This document shows, in pieces, positions 1 to 12,865 of a stretch of 64,000 nt of DNA. The first letter of the stretch is position 1. The number at the start of each line of letters is the position of its first letter. The translations under genes were made by a program, and so were the position numbers. The DNA is from Selaginella moellendorffii. Taxonomy: Eukaryota; Plantae; Lycopodiophyta. Location: positions 2,242,541 through 2,306,540 of the forward strand of contig NW_003314279.1 of assembly GCF_000143415.4 (NCBI RefSeq). The letters run 5' to 3'. The notes under the pieces were generated by a model that was given only the letters and a program-made list of their open reading frames with translations, was not told the origin of the DNA and ran no database searches.

Positions 1-1828
1 GACTCATATCGGTATACAACCTCTTCATAAACAAAGTTATAGTAGTGGTACTAACATCTTAACCTTAAACAACTAAGTTGGACATCACCATCCTCAGCCA
101 AGGCACAGTGCTACCAAGACTAAGTCAAGATCAGTGAGAGCTCACTACTCTCATAGAGTTTAACAAAATGCAAGATGCAAACTACCACCAAACACAACAG
201 TATAAAAGAAAAACACAAGAGTTACCCTTCTTAGAAAAACACAACAGCCACTTTTCTATACCAACTCCAGACTCTATCCAACTCAATTGCCTTAGCCCCA
301 AAAGTTAGCATCCCTTTCGGGTTGCATCATACAAACTACATACTAAGGTCTAAGCTAACCGAAGTCAACTCTAACCCTTTCACTAGTTTGTACTGGCTTA
401 CGAAAATGGAATGGTTTTCGAGCAAAGTGACCAACAGATCAACCATTGGAAAAGCTTAAGAAAATTTGTGGAAAATTTTCCATCCTAGAGAAAGAATGAC
501 TCTCAATCCAGGAATGCAAACTTTCAAGACTCAACCAACTTCCTTCTACGAACAACTTCACATAAGTTCACCTCAACACAAATTCTCAAGACCCATAGTA
601 TGTTTAAACCTCAAACATCTTTGCCCATCTAACTAATATCCAACACCAACATTTGTAAAGTGCAAAATGAACATCCAAAGCTTGATCACAAAGACCACAT
701 CTTTAGATATCCATATTGCACTAGCACTCTTCTTCAACCACCTTCAAGATCCAATGTAAAGCCAAAACACTAACAAAAAAAATGATATGGAAAATCAAGC
801 TTTAAGGAAAAATTCCTCATCACTCGAAATAACAATGCCACTTCCACCAACATAAGTGTTAGTGATGTCATTGCCTCAACTACACATTTTCTCCATTCAA
901 CAATCTACTCCAAGTGTTAACAGATAAACCAACAAGCCATAGCAAGTAAATGCTATAACCCCTCCCAACACCTTATGGGCAAACCCTCAAAGAACAAGGA
1001 ACCAACTTAAGCTTAGCACCATAGATCATCATCAAGAATCCAGTCAAAGCTACTACAATGCTACTTTGTGCAAGTAGACTAGCTTCACCATCAACCACTT
1101 TGGGGTTGATTATCATTTACCCAAGCAACTTCGTAAACACATTGCTCATTATCACATGGATATGAAATAAAAATTACAATGACTTAATCATCAATTGAGC
1201 AACACCATGAGCAATGCCCATATCATTACTTCAAAAGTTTATGTGACCATCAAGTGCCAACTCAATTCGACGAAATGCAACATAAATGCCACACTCCACC
1301 AATAGAGATTACAACATCGAAGACCACTAACTTTTGTTCACAACACGGACAAGCTCATGCTATTGTCTTTTTGACCAAACTCAAAACTAATCCAACACCA
1401 AGCTACTCAAGGAGCAATAGCAAGGTTCCCCGGAAAAGAATTAAGCATTGTAACCCAAGTCTTCCAATAGCAAGTCTAGACAAAATGGTATAGCGCTTCA
1501 CTGCTATCCATCCCATAACTCACCACTTGTAAAACCATCATTTCCAACATGCATCAAGATAGGGATTCTTGATTGCATGATGTGAACACGAGCGATGAGT
1601 TACACCTCGCTACAAATCATCTCTCCAAAAAAAGAAAATAATTTACGTGTTTGATCCTTCGTCCTCGACGACTCTCTTTTCGGCCTCATTTTTGACTAAA
1701 CCTCAAGCTGGCTTTCACACTGCCTTCAGTCCAATCCAAGAAAAGTTTATAAGAGAGCACGGCAATGACTACCTGAACTAATAGACTAATCCCTACAGTC
1801 TTGATTGATTCACTCATAATCATGCCTA

Positions 1829-2893
1829 GGAAGGATCCCCGAAAGCATGACCAAAATGATAAAGAGTTCATCGGATGGGACCGAGTCGAAGATCGAGTCC
1901 AAGACTGACTTTGAGACCGAGTTCAAGATAGAGTTCGGGATTGAGGCCGAATCGGAGACCGAGTTCGAGACAAAGTCCGAGATCCAAATTGGGTCCAAGA
2001 CCGAGTCTGAGGTCGAGTTCAAAGTCAAGTCCGAAGTCGAGTCCAAGATCGGGTCTGAGATCATGTCTGAGATCGAGTCTGAGACTGAGTCCAAAGTCGG
2101 GTCCGAGTCCGAATACTAATACAAGTCAAGGGGTGAAAGCCCAAAGCGTGTGTCTCCCAGGGGGGGGGGGGGGGGGGGGGAAAAATACTTAAGGTTTTAA
2201 ACCCCCCTTTTAAGAAACCCCCCAAGGGGGTTCCCAACTAACTTGAGGTTGAGATTGGGGCCGAGGGGCCTTGGATGGGAGTGAGCATGGGCTTGGGTGG
2301 TGCCAAAGGGGCCACCCAGGGAAGTGCTCAAGAGTAGCTCCCACGCCCGAAAGGGAAACCGACTACAGTGCTCTCGACTCATGTGGAGTGGACCCCCCAA
2401 CTTGAGTACCTTGTGGCTCATTGGTCTTCGCCCTTCCTAGGGGCTTAGGCCTTCCCTTCGGGATGGAAGTGGGGGGGGTAGAGGTACCTATACCGGGCTG
2501 TTATGCCACGGGGTTTCACCCTGATGTCCCGAAGCAAGTGTTGCACTCAAGACTTGGGATTTAGAGGGTCCCATGATCAAGTCTTGTTGTACCAAGGGGT
2601 GTTAGGAACCTGGAGGCTTGGTGTGCTTGGCTGCTTGTGCTTGCGGGGAGTGTAGCTGAACCTTAAGTCCAGTCTAACCCGGGGAGGGGGATTGGGAGAG
2701 ATTTGGGAATACGTGGATGGATGGCTAACACTCTGTTGCTTGTGTAGTGAGTAGTTGAAACCAAGTAGGACTAAGTAGGAGCAGGTACCATAGGTGGGAA
2801 CCTTGGCGAGGGAACTTAGCAAAAGTCAAGGTAGTGTTGGACGGATAGACGAGGTAAGCTGGCAAATTGGAAAGGAAAAATTTGTGGTTTACA
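1829..2893 (+). repeat. 5' LTR, missing about 35 bp at its 5' end; contains a GAGTCC/GAGATC hexamer array
   Basis: Ends in ...TTACA at 2893 just before the PBS. Matches 9690-10326 and the reverse complement of 29982-31183. Confidence 0.85.
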
Positions 2894-2896
2894 ATT

Positions 2897-2908
2897 TGGT
2901 ATTGGAGC
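2897..2908 (+). promoter_or_regulatory. Primer-binding site (tRNA-iMet type, degenerate)
   Basis: TGGTATTGGAGC versus canonical TGGTATCAGAGC, 3 nt after the LTR terminal CA. Confidence 0.8.
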
Positions 2909-5900
2909 CTTTTCCTCAGTTTTAGCGAAGGATAGAGGCGGATTGCTAGGAAATGGCAAAGGCAGGGCAAAAAAGAACCAAGGCGAAGACAAAACCTCCT
3001 CCAGAGCTGGAGCCTCTGGTCGAAGAAGAGGCTATGGATGAGGAATCCTTGCATGAGGAGGACTCTAGTGAGGAAACTTCCAAACAGGAGTCCGGTAGCG
3101 AGGTGTGGTCGTGCAAGGCTCGATTGGATGTTCTAGAAGGACAATTGGCATAGACCAATGCCCTGCTGGAGACTCTCGTACGCAAGCTAAAGCATGATGA
3201 GAAATGGAAGAAAAAGCGAAAGACTCCGGATGCTGGCAGCGTAGAAGGTGCGGACCCTTCGGTAGGGACTGAGGTAGAACCAAACATGGTTGAACAGACC
3301 GAAGTGGAATCAGTCCCTCAGGCAGTTCCCAAGTACAAACCAAAGCCCCCACCGGTCTTCAAGGGAGTGAACGATTATAAGGTGGTGAAGGATTGGTTTT
3401 ATGATATGGAGGACTACTTCTGAGCGTTGTGGTTACCGAGCTCGGAGAAGGTCCCATGTGCAAAACCATACTTGGCAGATAATGCCAAGTCTTGGTGGAG
3501 AACAACAGAGGCCAACGAAAGACCGGTGGCCACTTGGGACATGATGAAGGCAAGGATTCGCATGACTTACGTTCCTCTGAATGCTACTCTACATCTAAGA
3601 GACGAGCTAAGTAGGCTGAAGCAGACCGAAACCATTCAGGAGTATGTGAATGGGTTTATGGCAAAGAGGATACTAGTCACGGACATGGGGGATATGGATG
3701 CGTTCCATGCCTTCATATCGGCTTGCAAACCTGGGCTCGCGGCAAGGTGATGCGTTGGAACCCGACTAATTACAAGGAAGCGTTGGATGCGGCTATCAAG
3801 GTGCATTTCAATGATAACCTGCGAAAGGGGAACATGACGGGGCCAAATCAAGGGGAACATATAGCAAAGGAAAATTCAAGAAGAGTTTCTCTAAGAATGA
3901 ATCCTCGGGGTTCCGGAAAGGCAAATCTAGTGGCTAGTGAGCAAGTACATGGGGGAGTCAAGCAAAAAGAGACAAACCCATCGATAAGAAGGTCAAGTCG
4001 TTTAGCAGCGTGGGAAACAACGTATGCTACAACTGCGGTGAAGTGGGACACTTTTCGAGGGAATGTCCCTACCCAAAGAAGGCCAGAGCCAGTATGGCCA
4101 TTAAGTCGGGTGAAGTCCAAATTGAGGTATGTGATCCAGTCCCTAGCTCAAAGTTACTCATTACACGAGCAACTTTGGTAGAGAGTCGTTCGTGACATCT
4201 ACTAGCCCTCCGAGGGAAGCTCGGAGGTAGCTTTGTTAAGATCCTTATTCACACGGGTGCTTCGGATAATTTTGTGGCTGCAAATATAGTCTGGTAAGCC
4301 GGACCAATGGTGCAGTGGCTAGGCAAACCAAGGACTATAGAGTTTGTTCAAGGCAGCCAAAGCATCGATGAGGTACTTCGACAAGCGAGAGTCAAAGTAG
4401 GGACATGGAAAGTGGACATGGATTTCACCGTGTTAGACATGGCAGGCTTTGATGTGATCTTTGGAATGGATTGGTTCAATCGGTTCGTGGTAGCCCTACA
4501 TGGACAAAGTAGAAACTTTATGGTACTGGCGAATGCCCAAGGAAGAAGATCTAGGGTGGAAGCCCAGGATCTAAAGGTAGGGCAAAGCAAGGCCAAAGAT
4601 TCCTACTTAAACCTGGTGTCCACGAGAGGACAACTCACTAAAGGAACTAAGGCAGCATTTTTGTGCTTACTCTCGGTGAAGAGTGACAAAAAGACAGGAA
4701 TGGAAGAAGTACCTTTAGTGATCCAGCAGGTGTTGGACCAATTCCAGGATACCATGCCGGAGGAGCTACCAGCGGGGTTGCCCCCCGCACGGCCGATAGA
4801 ACATAAGATTAAGCTGGTTGAGGGTGCTGAGACAGTGGTTCGTCCCCCCTATCATTTGAATGAAAAAGAACTCGAGGAGCTCAAGCACCAACTAGAGAAG
4901 TTGGTGGACAAAGGGTATGTTAGGTTGAGCAGGTCATCATATGGGGCGCTAGTGTTATTTGTGAAAAAGAAAGATGGATTTATGCGCATGTGCATACACT
5001 ACTAGTTGCTCAACAAGTATACAAAGAAGAACAAATACCCTTTGCCAAGGATTGAGGACCTGTTTTATAGGTTGGGAAAGGCAAAATACTTCTCGAGGAT
5101 TGACCTGAGGTCAAGATACTACCAGATCAGGGTAGCAGAGGAAGATGTCAAGAAGACAACCTATCGAACCAGGTATGGGAGCTTTGAGTTTCTGGTGATG
5201 CCCTTTGGGCTGCGCAATGCATTGGCAACGTTTTTGGCGTTGATGAACCATATCTTTGTACCCTATCTGGATCACTTTGTGGTCGTTTATATTGACGACA
5301 TCCTGATCTATAGCGAGACGCTAGAGGAGTATGCCGAACACTTGGCGAAGGTGTTGAGAAACTAAGGGAACACAAACTGTATGCTAAAGAGAGCAAATGT
5401 GACTTTGCTCAACAAGAGGTAAAGTTTTTCGGGCATGTGGTGGGCCAAGACGGACTCAAGGTGGACCCGGAGAAGGTCCAAGCGATCCAGGAATGGGAAT
5501 GACTATCGAATGTACATGAGTTAAGGGCGTTCTTGGGGCTATGCAACTACTACCGAAAGTTTATCAGACACTATTCGAGAGTAGCCTTGCCCTTAACGGA
5601 CCAAATAGGAAAAGGGAAGATGGTATGGACAGCGGAATGCGAGGCGACATTCGTCCACCTCAAAGGGAAGTTGAGGAAGGCTCTCATGTTGGCATTACCA
5701 GATTTTGGTAAGGACTTTGAGGTAGAAACGGATGCTTCAAACTTTGCGTTGGGCGCAGTTTTGAAGCAAAACAACCATCCAGTAGCATTCTTCTCAAAGA
5801 AGTTGGACAAGGCTCAAAGGAAGTGGCCTGCCCACGAAAAGGAATTGTTTGCGGTGGTGAAGGCACTCAAGGAGTGGCGACACTACCTTGGGAGACACTT

Positions 5901-6672
5901 CAAGGTTTACATAGACAATGTGGCAACAAAACACTTCTTGTCACAGCCCGACCTGAGAGGGAAACAGGGTCAGTGGGCCAATGCCTTGGCTGAGTTTGAT
6001 TGTGAGATTCTGTACAAGCCTGGGAAGAGCAACATCGTGGCGGATGCGCTAAGTTGAAAAGTAAGCTTGAGGTTGTCAATATCCAGTGCGACAACAACCT
6101 TTTGGGATGATATGCGGATAGCATATGAGAATGATGGTCTAGCACAAGAAGTGTTATTGAGGAATCTAGAGGCACGGGAAGCTCACTAGAGAGGTGAGTT
6201 GCCAACGGAAGAGAAAACGGGCTATGCAAAATGCAACAGACTCATCTATTACAAGAAAATGAGGGTGTATGTTCTAGAAGGGGAACTAAGGAAGGTAGCA
6301 TTAGAAGAGTGTCATAACGGACCTTTTGCGGGACACGGCAGAGTGCCCAAGACGATGGGCTTACTCAAAAGGAAGTACCACTGGCTAGGTATGGCTAAGG
6401 ACGTCCAAGACTATATAAAGACATGTCCAACATGTCAGTAGGTTAAAGCCGTGAATAAGGCTAGTGGGGGCTTGTTACAAAGCATCCCAATTCCAGATTG
6501 TCCGTGGAAATGTTTTACGATGGAATTCATCACGGGACTCCCCCCAAGCAAGGGGTTTGATGCGATATTCGTGGTGGTGGACCAATTTTCAAAAATGGCA
6601 CATTTCATACCCACCACAACAGAAGTGGATGCGGAAGGTGTGGTGAAGCTGTTCTTTGAACAAGTGGTTCAA

Positions 6673-8209
6673 TGCAACGTGTATGTACATTTCTCCAAGT
6701 CCCTTAGGGACTGATACAAAAAACAAGAATCCCTTAGCGCTGTTCACTCAACTACGCTGTCCTGCAATTCTCCACCTAATAGTGATCGCTGCCCTCCAAT
6801 CGTGGCTGCTGTGGTTGTCGCCTCCGCAGTGCATCCAGTGCCAGATCGCCACGTCGAGCCTCCTTTGTTACCGTGTCCAAAGGTCTCCATTTCCACTTGA
6901 CCTCCCCCTCGTGTTTAGTTCCGTAGCACGGAGTCCATAGTCGTTGCCAAGCTGTGAGTGCCTCCCTGTTTTTCCCATGCTCCTGGAGCAGCGTATCCCT
7001 CAAGCGGATAGCAGCCAGTGTGAGCCTCCACCAATTCGCCATGATCGCTGAAATCCGAGCGCACTGCCCTTCGAAGTGGTTGCAGTTCCGAGCCTCCCAA
7101 AGTGCCTGTACCCCGGAAGCCCGCCATACCTCCCATCTCGCCCATCCAAGGGCCTCCCACACAGTAGTCCCAACTTCGGCGCCTACCGCGTCCCACCTAA
7201 CTCGGGTGCCCCATCCTGAGCGTCCCCAACACCCGATCTTCCGCCAAGCTGCTCCTGTGCATGGTCCTCTTGCCTCTGGAAACCATTGGGTGACATCCCC
7301 TTCTCGAATTTCGAAATCCTGCTTGTCCCCTAGTTCCCTCGTCGCTTTTGCTACCTGCCGCCACGTCTCCTTGGCCACGTCACAATCCCAGAGGAGGTGT
7401 GTGACCGTCTCCAGTTCCCCGCATTCCGGACACTTGCGAGCATTCTCCACTTGAAATCGCTGGCCTACTGGCAGCCCATTTGTCGCCACGAGCCAAGAGG
7501 GTACCTTTGATTTTTCCTGGATCAGTAGTTTCCAGAACGCCACGGTATTGTCAATCACCTGGTCCGCCTCCACTCCTAGTGTGATCCACTTTTGCCACAG
7601 TCGTGGGATTTCTTCTCTCTCAAATTCCCTGTTCACCATCAAACCGTTCTGCGCATCCTTGACCTCGTAAGTGAAGAAGCTGTTTGCCCCGCGTCTCCAT
7701 GCTGCTGGGTCCCAGTCCAGGTCTTCTATTAACTCTTTCCTCCACCATACTAGCCGTCCCTCTCCTTCTATGACTCTACCACTTCTGTCCGAGTTGCTGT
7801 CTGTCTTAGAACCCGGATTCGTCCTTTCACTTCATCGTCCGTGACCTGCGGCATCTGTTGGGGATTCCCCACCTCGAGGAGTGTGTCGCCTCTCACTACA
7901 CAAAAAGGCCTACCGAGGTTTTGGTCTGGGTCTGTCACAAACCACACCTCAATCTCCCCCTCATTCCACGCTGGGGTTGGCATCGTGAATGCCCAAGTCC
8001 ATTTCCCAAGTGGTACGTGCTCGCCGTCCGACGTTTCCTCCCTTTGAATTGGCACAAAGTCCCCAGCGTGTAGCCTTCTTGCTGGCCATTTATCCATTGT
8101 CCGTGCCTCTGTCACTGCCCGCAGTAGCTTCAGTAGATCCCACTTCACATCCCGCCACTTCCCTGGCCCGAAAACTTGGAAGCGCCGGGACAATTTTTGT
8201 GGATTCGGA
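6673..8209 (-). mobile_element. 5'-truncated LINE (non-LTR retrotransposon) fragment inserted in the Gypsy integrase
   Basis: Minus-strand ORF 6776-7642 has the C-terminal LINE zinc finger CPECGELETVTHLLWDC. Flanked by an 18-bp TSD: TTTGAACAAGTGGTTCAA (6655-6672) and TTCGAACAAGTGGTTCGA (8210-8227), differing only at CpG sites. The integrase frame resumes after it. Confidence 0.9.
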
Positions 8210-8354
8210 TTCGAACAAGTGGTTCGAGTGAGGGGAAGGCCGGAAGAGATCATCTCAGATCGAGATAAGATCTTCACTAGTAGGTTCTGGAGGACTCTCC
8301 TGGAACAGTATCGCACCAAGTTGAAATTCAGCACAGCCTATCACCCACAGACAG

Positions 8355-8401
8355 GTATTGGGTATTAAGTCAAGTTTGGTGGCACTAACACTTCTTGACA
8401 G
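8355..8401 (+). other. Putative spliceosomal intron 1 in integrase (47 nt)
   Basis: GT...CACTAAC...CAG. Removal restores the conserved integrase motif STAYHPQTDGQTERV. Confidence 0.8.
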
Positions 8402-8815
8402 ACGGACAAACGGAAAGGGTGTGCAGCTGAAGGATTATTTGCGATGCTATGTCTTGGGAGACCAGACCGATTGGGTAAGTCATTTGGGACTTGCAGAAAT
8501 ATGTTATAATAACTCACCACATTCGAGTATCGAGGTGAGTCCATGGGAAGTCATCAATGGGCGAGCTATTGAAGGTCCTATGGAACTCGGCGTGGCCGAG
8601 TATCATGGAGAGTTACCCGCAGTGGAGGCATTCACGGCGGAAAGACTTAACATTTGGAATCTAGTGAGGGATTCTTTGGAACGGGCTCAACAAAGGCAAA
8701 CCAAGTATGCGAACCAGAAGCACTGGGATGTAGAGTTCTAAGCTGGGGAGAAGGTGTGGCTGAACACCAAGAACCTCAGGCTACCAAGTGGGATCAGCTA
8801 AAAGTTGACCCAAAG

Positions 8816-8867
8816 GTAAAAATGCATGTATTTCTGTAAATGAATTGATTTTGAGTTCCTTAAGTAG
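8816..8867 (+). other. Putative spliceosomal intron 2 in integrase (52 nt)
   Basis: AG|GTAAAA...TAG|G. Removal restores KLTQRFVGPY. A homologous intron is present in the second copy (~31958-32008, minus strand). Confidence 0.8.
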
Positions 8868-9658
8868 GTTCGTGGGGCCTTACGAGATTGAGGCACGAAT
8901 TGATAAAGTGGCTTACCGTCTCCGACTTCCTCGAGAGATGGGGAAGATGCACCCAATATTCCACGTGAACTTACTCAAGCCGTACTTTGAGGATTCGCTT
9001 CGCAAGGACCAAGTAAGACTTTTACCTGAGGTTATCCAAGGGGAAGAGGAATACGAAGTCGAGGCCATCCTCAATGCGTGCAAGAGCAAGCAACAAGGAC
9101 GCGAGGTGAGAGAATTCCATGTGAAGTGGAAAGGATTTCCACACTGTGAAGTAGCATGGGAACCGGAGGAGAACCTAGCGAACGCGCAAGATCTAGTGGA
9201 GGAATTTCTACAAGGCAGAACTCTATATACTTATGCAAAGTTCAATTAAAATATCAATTTGTGAAGTTGAGCAATGGCATATATTAGGACCCGAAGGCAC
9301 ACCAAAGGTAAGCTAATTAGCATGGGTTAGCTAGGTCGACCAGGTGTAGGGCATTGCACCTGATTCCTCGCGGGGATGTCGAATCCATAGACATATTCTA
9401 CAGAGGTTGGGTTCGAGTCCCAACCCCCTAGTAAAGCAAGGTTGGGTTCAAGTCCCGACCACATACTAGGGCGTGGTGAGGTGAGGGGTATAGGGATACC
9501 TATATTCTGTTGTCATGGGCTCTTGGCTGGGGAGGCTAACTTAGGCACACCCCTAAGTGGGGGGATGCCCCCGGAGACGTGGTCAACAAGTCGTAGGAAA
9601 AAAAAAAAAAGAGAGACATTCGATGTGGGCATCAAACTTCTTCTATGGGTGGTGGAGT

Positions 9659-10326
9659 TGTAAGGAACCGACTCCCCGAGATGTTGTAGGCTAAAGGATC
9701 CCCGAAAGCATGACCAAAATGACAAAGAGTTTATCGGATGGGACCAAGTTGAAGATCGAGTCCAAGACCGACTCTGAGACCGAGTTCGAGATAGAGTCTA
9801 GGATCAAGCCCGAAGCCGAATCGGAGACCGAGTTCGAGACCGAGTTCGAGACAGAGTCCGAGACCCAAATCGGGTCCAAGACCGAGTCTAAGGTCGAGTC
9901 CGAGATCGGGTCCGAGATCAAGTCCGAGATTGGGTCCGAGATCGAGTCCGAGATCGAGTCTGAGATCGAGTCCGAGACCGAGTCCGAAGTTGGGTCCGAG
10001 ATCGAGTCCGAGACCGAGTCCGAATACTAATACGGGTCAAGGGGTGAAAGCCCAAAGCATGTGTCTCCCGGGGGGGGGGCTGCAAGGGGTTCCAAAAGTA
10101 TAATAGGGATAGTGAAGTCCAGGAGAGGAACTCTCTAGTGGTGCTTCCAAATTAACTTGAGGTTGAGACTGGGGCCGAAGGGCCTTGGGTGGGAGTGAGC
10201 ATGGGCTTGGGTGGTGCCAGAGGGGCCACCCAGGGAAGTGCTCAAGAGTAGCTCCCACTCCCGAAAGGGAAATCAACTGCTGTGCTCCCGGCTCATATGG
10301 AGTGGTGCCCCACTTGAGTACCTTGT
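9659..10326 (+). repeat. 3' LTR, truncated and fused to the element A transposase
   Basis: Starts TGTAAGG right after the polypurine tract ATGGGTGGTGGAGT. Similarity to the 5' LTR stops at about 10326. Confidence 0.85.
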
Positions 10327-12575
10327 GGGTGGCCAATCAGCGTTTCGGATCCGTCCCTGATATAGCCTCTTACAAACCCCTTAAAGTCTGGAACCTCTGT
10401 CACAAGTGCAGCTTCAACAGTGCCTTTGATGCAATTTTGGAATTCATCGTAGAGTTGTGGGAGGGTGAGGACATTGGATCGCCGGAGGGACTCTACTAGG
10501 TGACTGAACATGGCATCGACGTCTTCATGAGTGTGCCCAACCATGAGAAAGCCAAATGTAACCGTTTCAAATATGCCTTTGGCAACAAGCATCACCAAGT
10601 ACGCGAAGACGTACATGTTTTTGTTCTCACTGCCAGCATTGTCTGTTTGGAGCAGAAGATGGGGTGGAAGGCCATATCGGCTGCAAGAACTTCCTTGAGA
10701 TTCTGCTTCGTTTGGATGAGGCTGTGCATTCACCGGGTGACCAGCCTCGTCGGAATGGCATGAGGCCTCACGTGATAACCCTACAATCTGACGGCCAACA
10801 TATTCACTGGGATGGCATGGGGCCCCACGCGATACTGCAAGCCTTTGCTCCTCCTCCAGCTGAACCCTATATGGGGTTCGATCGACAAGGGCCTTATGCA
10901 AGGGTTGGCCGTTCAGCTCAGTCTGCGCACTTTGCAGAGACCTTAAGTGTTTTGCTAGGGACGCAATCATCATGTTTGCACCCCTGCCACCCCATAGAGG
11001 TACAAAGAAGTTCCCATAGTTCTGGGCACCATGCCTATGAGCGATTATGCCAAACAGAGACACAGGCAACTGCATGGATGAAGAGATTGCCTTGGGGGCA
11101 GGATTGAGTCGAGGTAAGCACATCTTTTTCTGGTCCATTTTGTCATGGATGATGCAGAGGTAAGAGTCAGGTCTCTCCATGGAGAGAATCCTGTTATGAT
11201 AATATGCAGTCCTGCAGCTTCTCTGCTCGATGTTGTGGTCGAGCCGCCTTCTAACCAATGTCTCTCGCTCTTGAGCACTGCAAGAATTCTTCGACAAAGC
11301 CATTTTGATAGCAGTGCACTCGTCACACTTTGAAAAGCTGGAGTACTTTCCTATACTCACATCCCTGAACCTGTTGCTCCACAATCTACTAAATCTAGAT
11401 TGGCTCAGCTTCCTATAGCCATTACTCTGGAGTTCCCGATTCACATCTTCCAATATGGCCCCCTTGGTATACATGGAAGGGAGAACTCGTTGGGTGTCTC
11501 GTGTTCCATCTTCCAAGAGGCGGGTTTTATGTGGTTGCTGCTCGCTACATGTCTCGACAAACCTCTTGAAGATTGCCTCTCCATATACAACATGACCCCT
11601 GGTTTTGTGAGTACTGTCGTTCCCATGGACTGCCTATTGAACCCTTTGTTCCTCGAACTCAGTTTTGATTCTGTAGAATGTGGTTCGAAGGACTCCATAA
11701 ATGATTCTCCATGCCTTCATGCAGACCAAACCCCTCTGGAAGACCATGCCCCCCACCTGATGTTCTGAAGCATCAACAGATGACCGTAATGCCTCATACA
11801 CAAAATTGCGAGCTGCCTTCCAGGACAATGTCTTGTATCTTGCTCTCTCCTCTTCAATAGCATCCCAATCAGCATGTTGACAGCACCTCCTTTTGCAACA
11901 AGCAACTGTCGAGACCATTCGAACCTCCATCGCCATTTTCTGCCTTTTCGGTTTGTTGCTCAGATCCCTTTGGCTGCGCTTTAGGAAGGTGTACTTTCTT
12001 TTCCCATGAAGAGATGTTCTGTCATCAGTTGTAGTGGTGTTTGATTGTGAATCCTTCACATTCTCAAACACTAAGTGCCTCAATTTCCACCGCACAATGC
12101 TTCTAATAGTCAGACTGTTTTCTTCTGTGTCAACAACCTCTAAAATCGCAACTCCAATATCATCCCAGCCCAATTCTTGATTAGCAACCGCATCTCTTGG
12201 ATCGACAACTGTGGCTAAGCCCTCAGCTACCACCTCCCCCTCGGGGTTGTTTAGAAACACCTTTGCCTGAATCCATGTAGCACGGTTCTTAAGATCCACA
12301 GAGGGAACATGCGTCGCACTTGCGCTGTCCCCAACATCTGCTTTCTTCTGCAGATTTTTCAAGGCAACAACAACATTTACCCCGACGACCATCTCTCCTC
12401 GTTCAATAGTGACCACATTCCCATCGAAGACAGTCTCTACTGATACAGTAGCATTGCCTTCCCCAAGCCTTTGACAGTGTATAACAAAGTTCCGATCCAT
12501 AGACACAAGGGTCCCTTTTGCAACTCTCTTCTCACCATTCAAAATGTAAACCTTTTCCCCAACCCTGAAGGCCAT
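10327..12575 (-). pseudogene. DUF7869/Sola1-like DDD transposase with two N-terminal Tnp1/En-Spm-like repeats; one in-frame stop; 3'-truncated
   Basis: ORFs 11634-12575 and 10293-11516 are in the same frame, separated by one TAG. Motifs: CCKRRCC, VCMKAWRIIYGV, FSKCDEC, IIHDKMDQ, LQTDNAGSENKN, FLMVGHTHEDVDAMFS. Confidence 0.8.
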
Positions 12576-12647
12576 TCTGAAAGTTCAGAAAAGAAGTTAA
12601 GACCATACAAAAAATGATTGGAGAATGGCCTAAATCATAACATACCA

Positions 12648-12865
12648 AACAACCTTAATAGCATGAGGCCACATGCCATTATTCAAACATGCTATTGACA
12701 CCCATGTGAAATTTCGCATTCACAAAATTGGCATGAGCCCTCATGCCATTAGTGGTACCACTAATGGCATGAGGCCTCACGCTATCTTTGGGAATGGCAT
12801 ATCTCACATGGGTGTCAATAGCATGTTGGAATAATGGCATGTGGCCTCATGCTATTAAGGTTGTT
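12648..12865. repeat. ~220 bp nested hairpin upstream of the element A transposase
   Basis: Arms 12648-12709 and 12804-12865 are reverse complements with 1 mismatch. The loop holds a second inverted repeat centred on GGTACC (12754-12759). Four copies of the 22-bp palindrome lie within it. Confidence 0.9.

Larger units (their letters stand above)
2953..9249 (+). pseudogene. gag-pol polyprotein of the Gypsy element (disrupted)
   Basis: Gag capsid fragment (3427-3750), zinc knuckle CYNCGEVGHFSREC (~4025), protease relic ILIHTGAS (~4240), RT with VMPFGL and VVYIDDIL (~5195-5310), RNase H VETDAS...ELFAVV, integrase HHCC zinc finger (~6310-6440), GPY motif, chromodomain EYEVEAIL...HVKWKGF...WEPEENL (~9045-9210). 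Confidence 0.95.
1829..10326 (+). mobile_element. Ty3/Gypsy chromovirus LTR retrotransposon, decayed, with both LTRs truncated
   Basis: LTR similarity between 1829-2415 and 9690-10326. PBS after the 5' LTR and PPT before the 3' LTR. Domain order gag-PR-RT-RH-IN-chromodomain with many stops and frameshifts. Confidence 0.95.

Noticed and set aside
1-1800. C/A-rich region that may be a retroelement relic
   Set aside because: Too degenerate; no protein motif or terminus could be supported.
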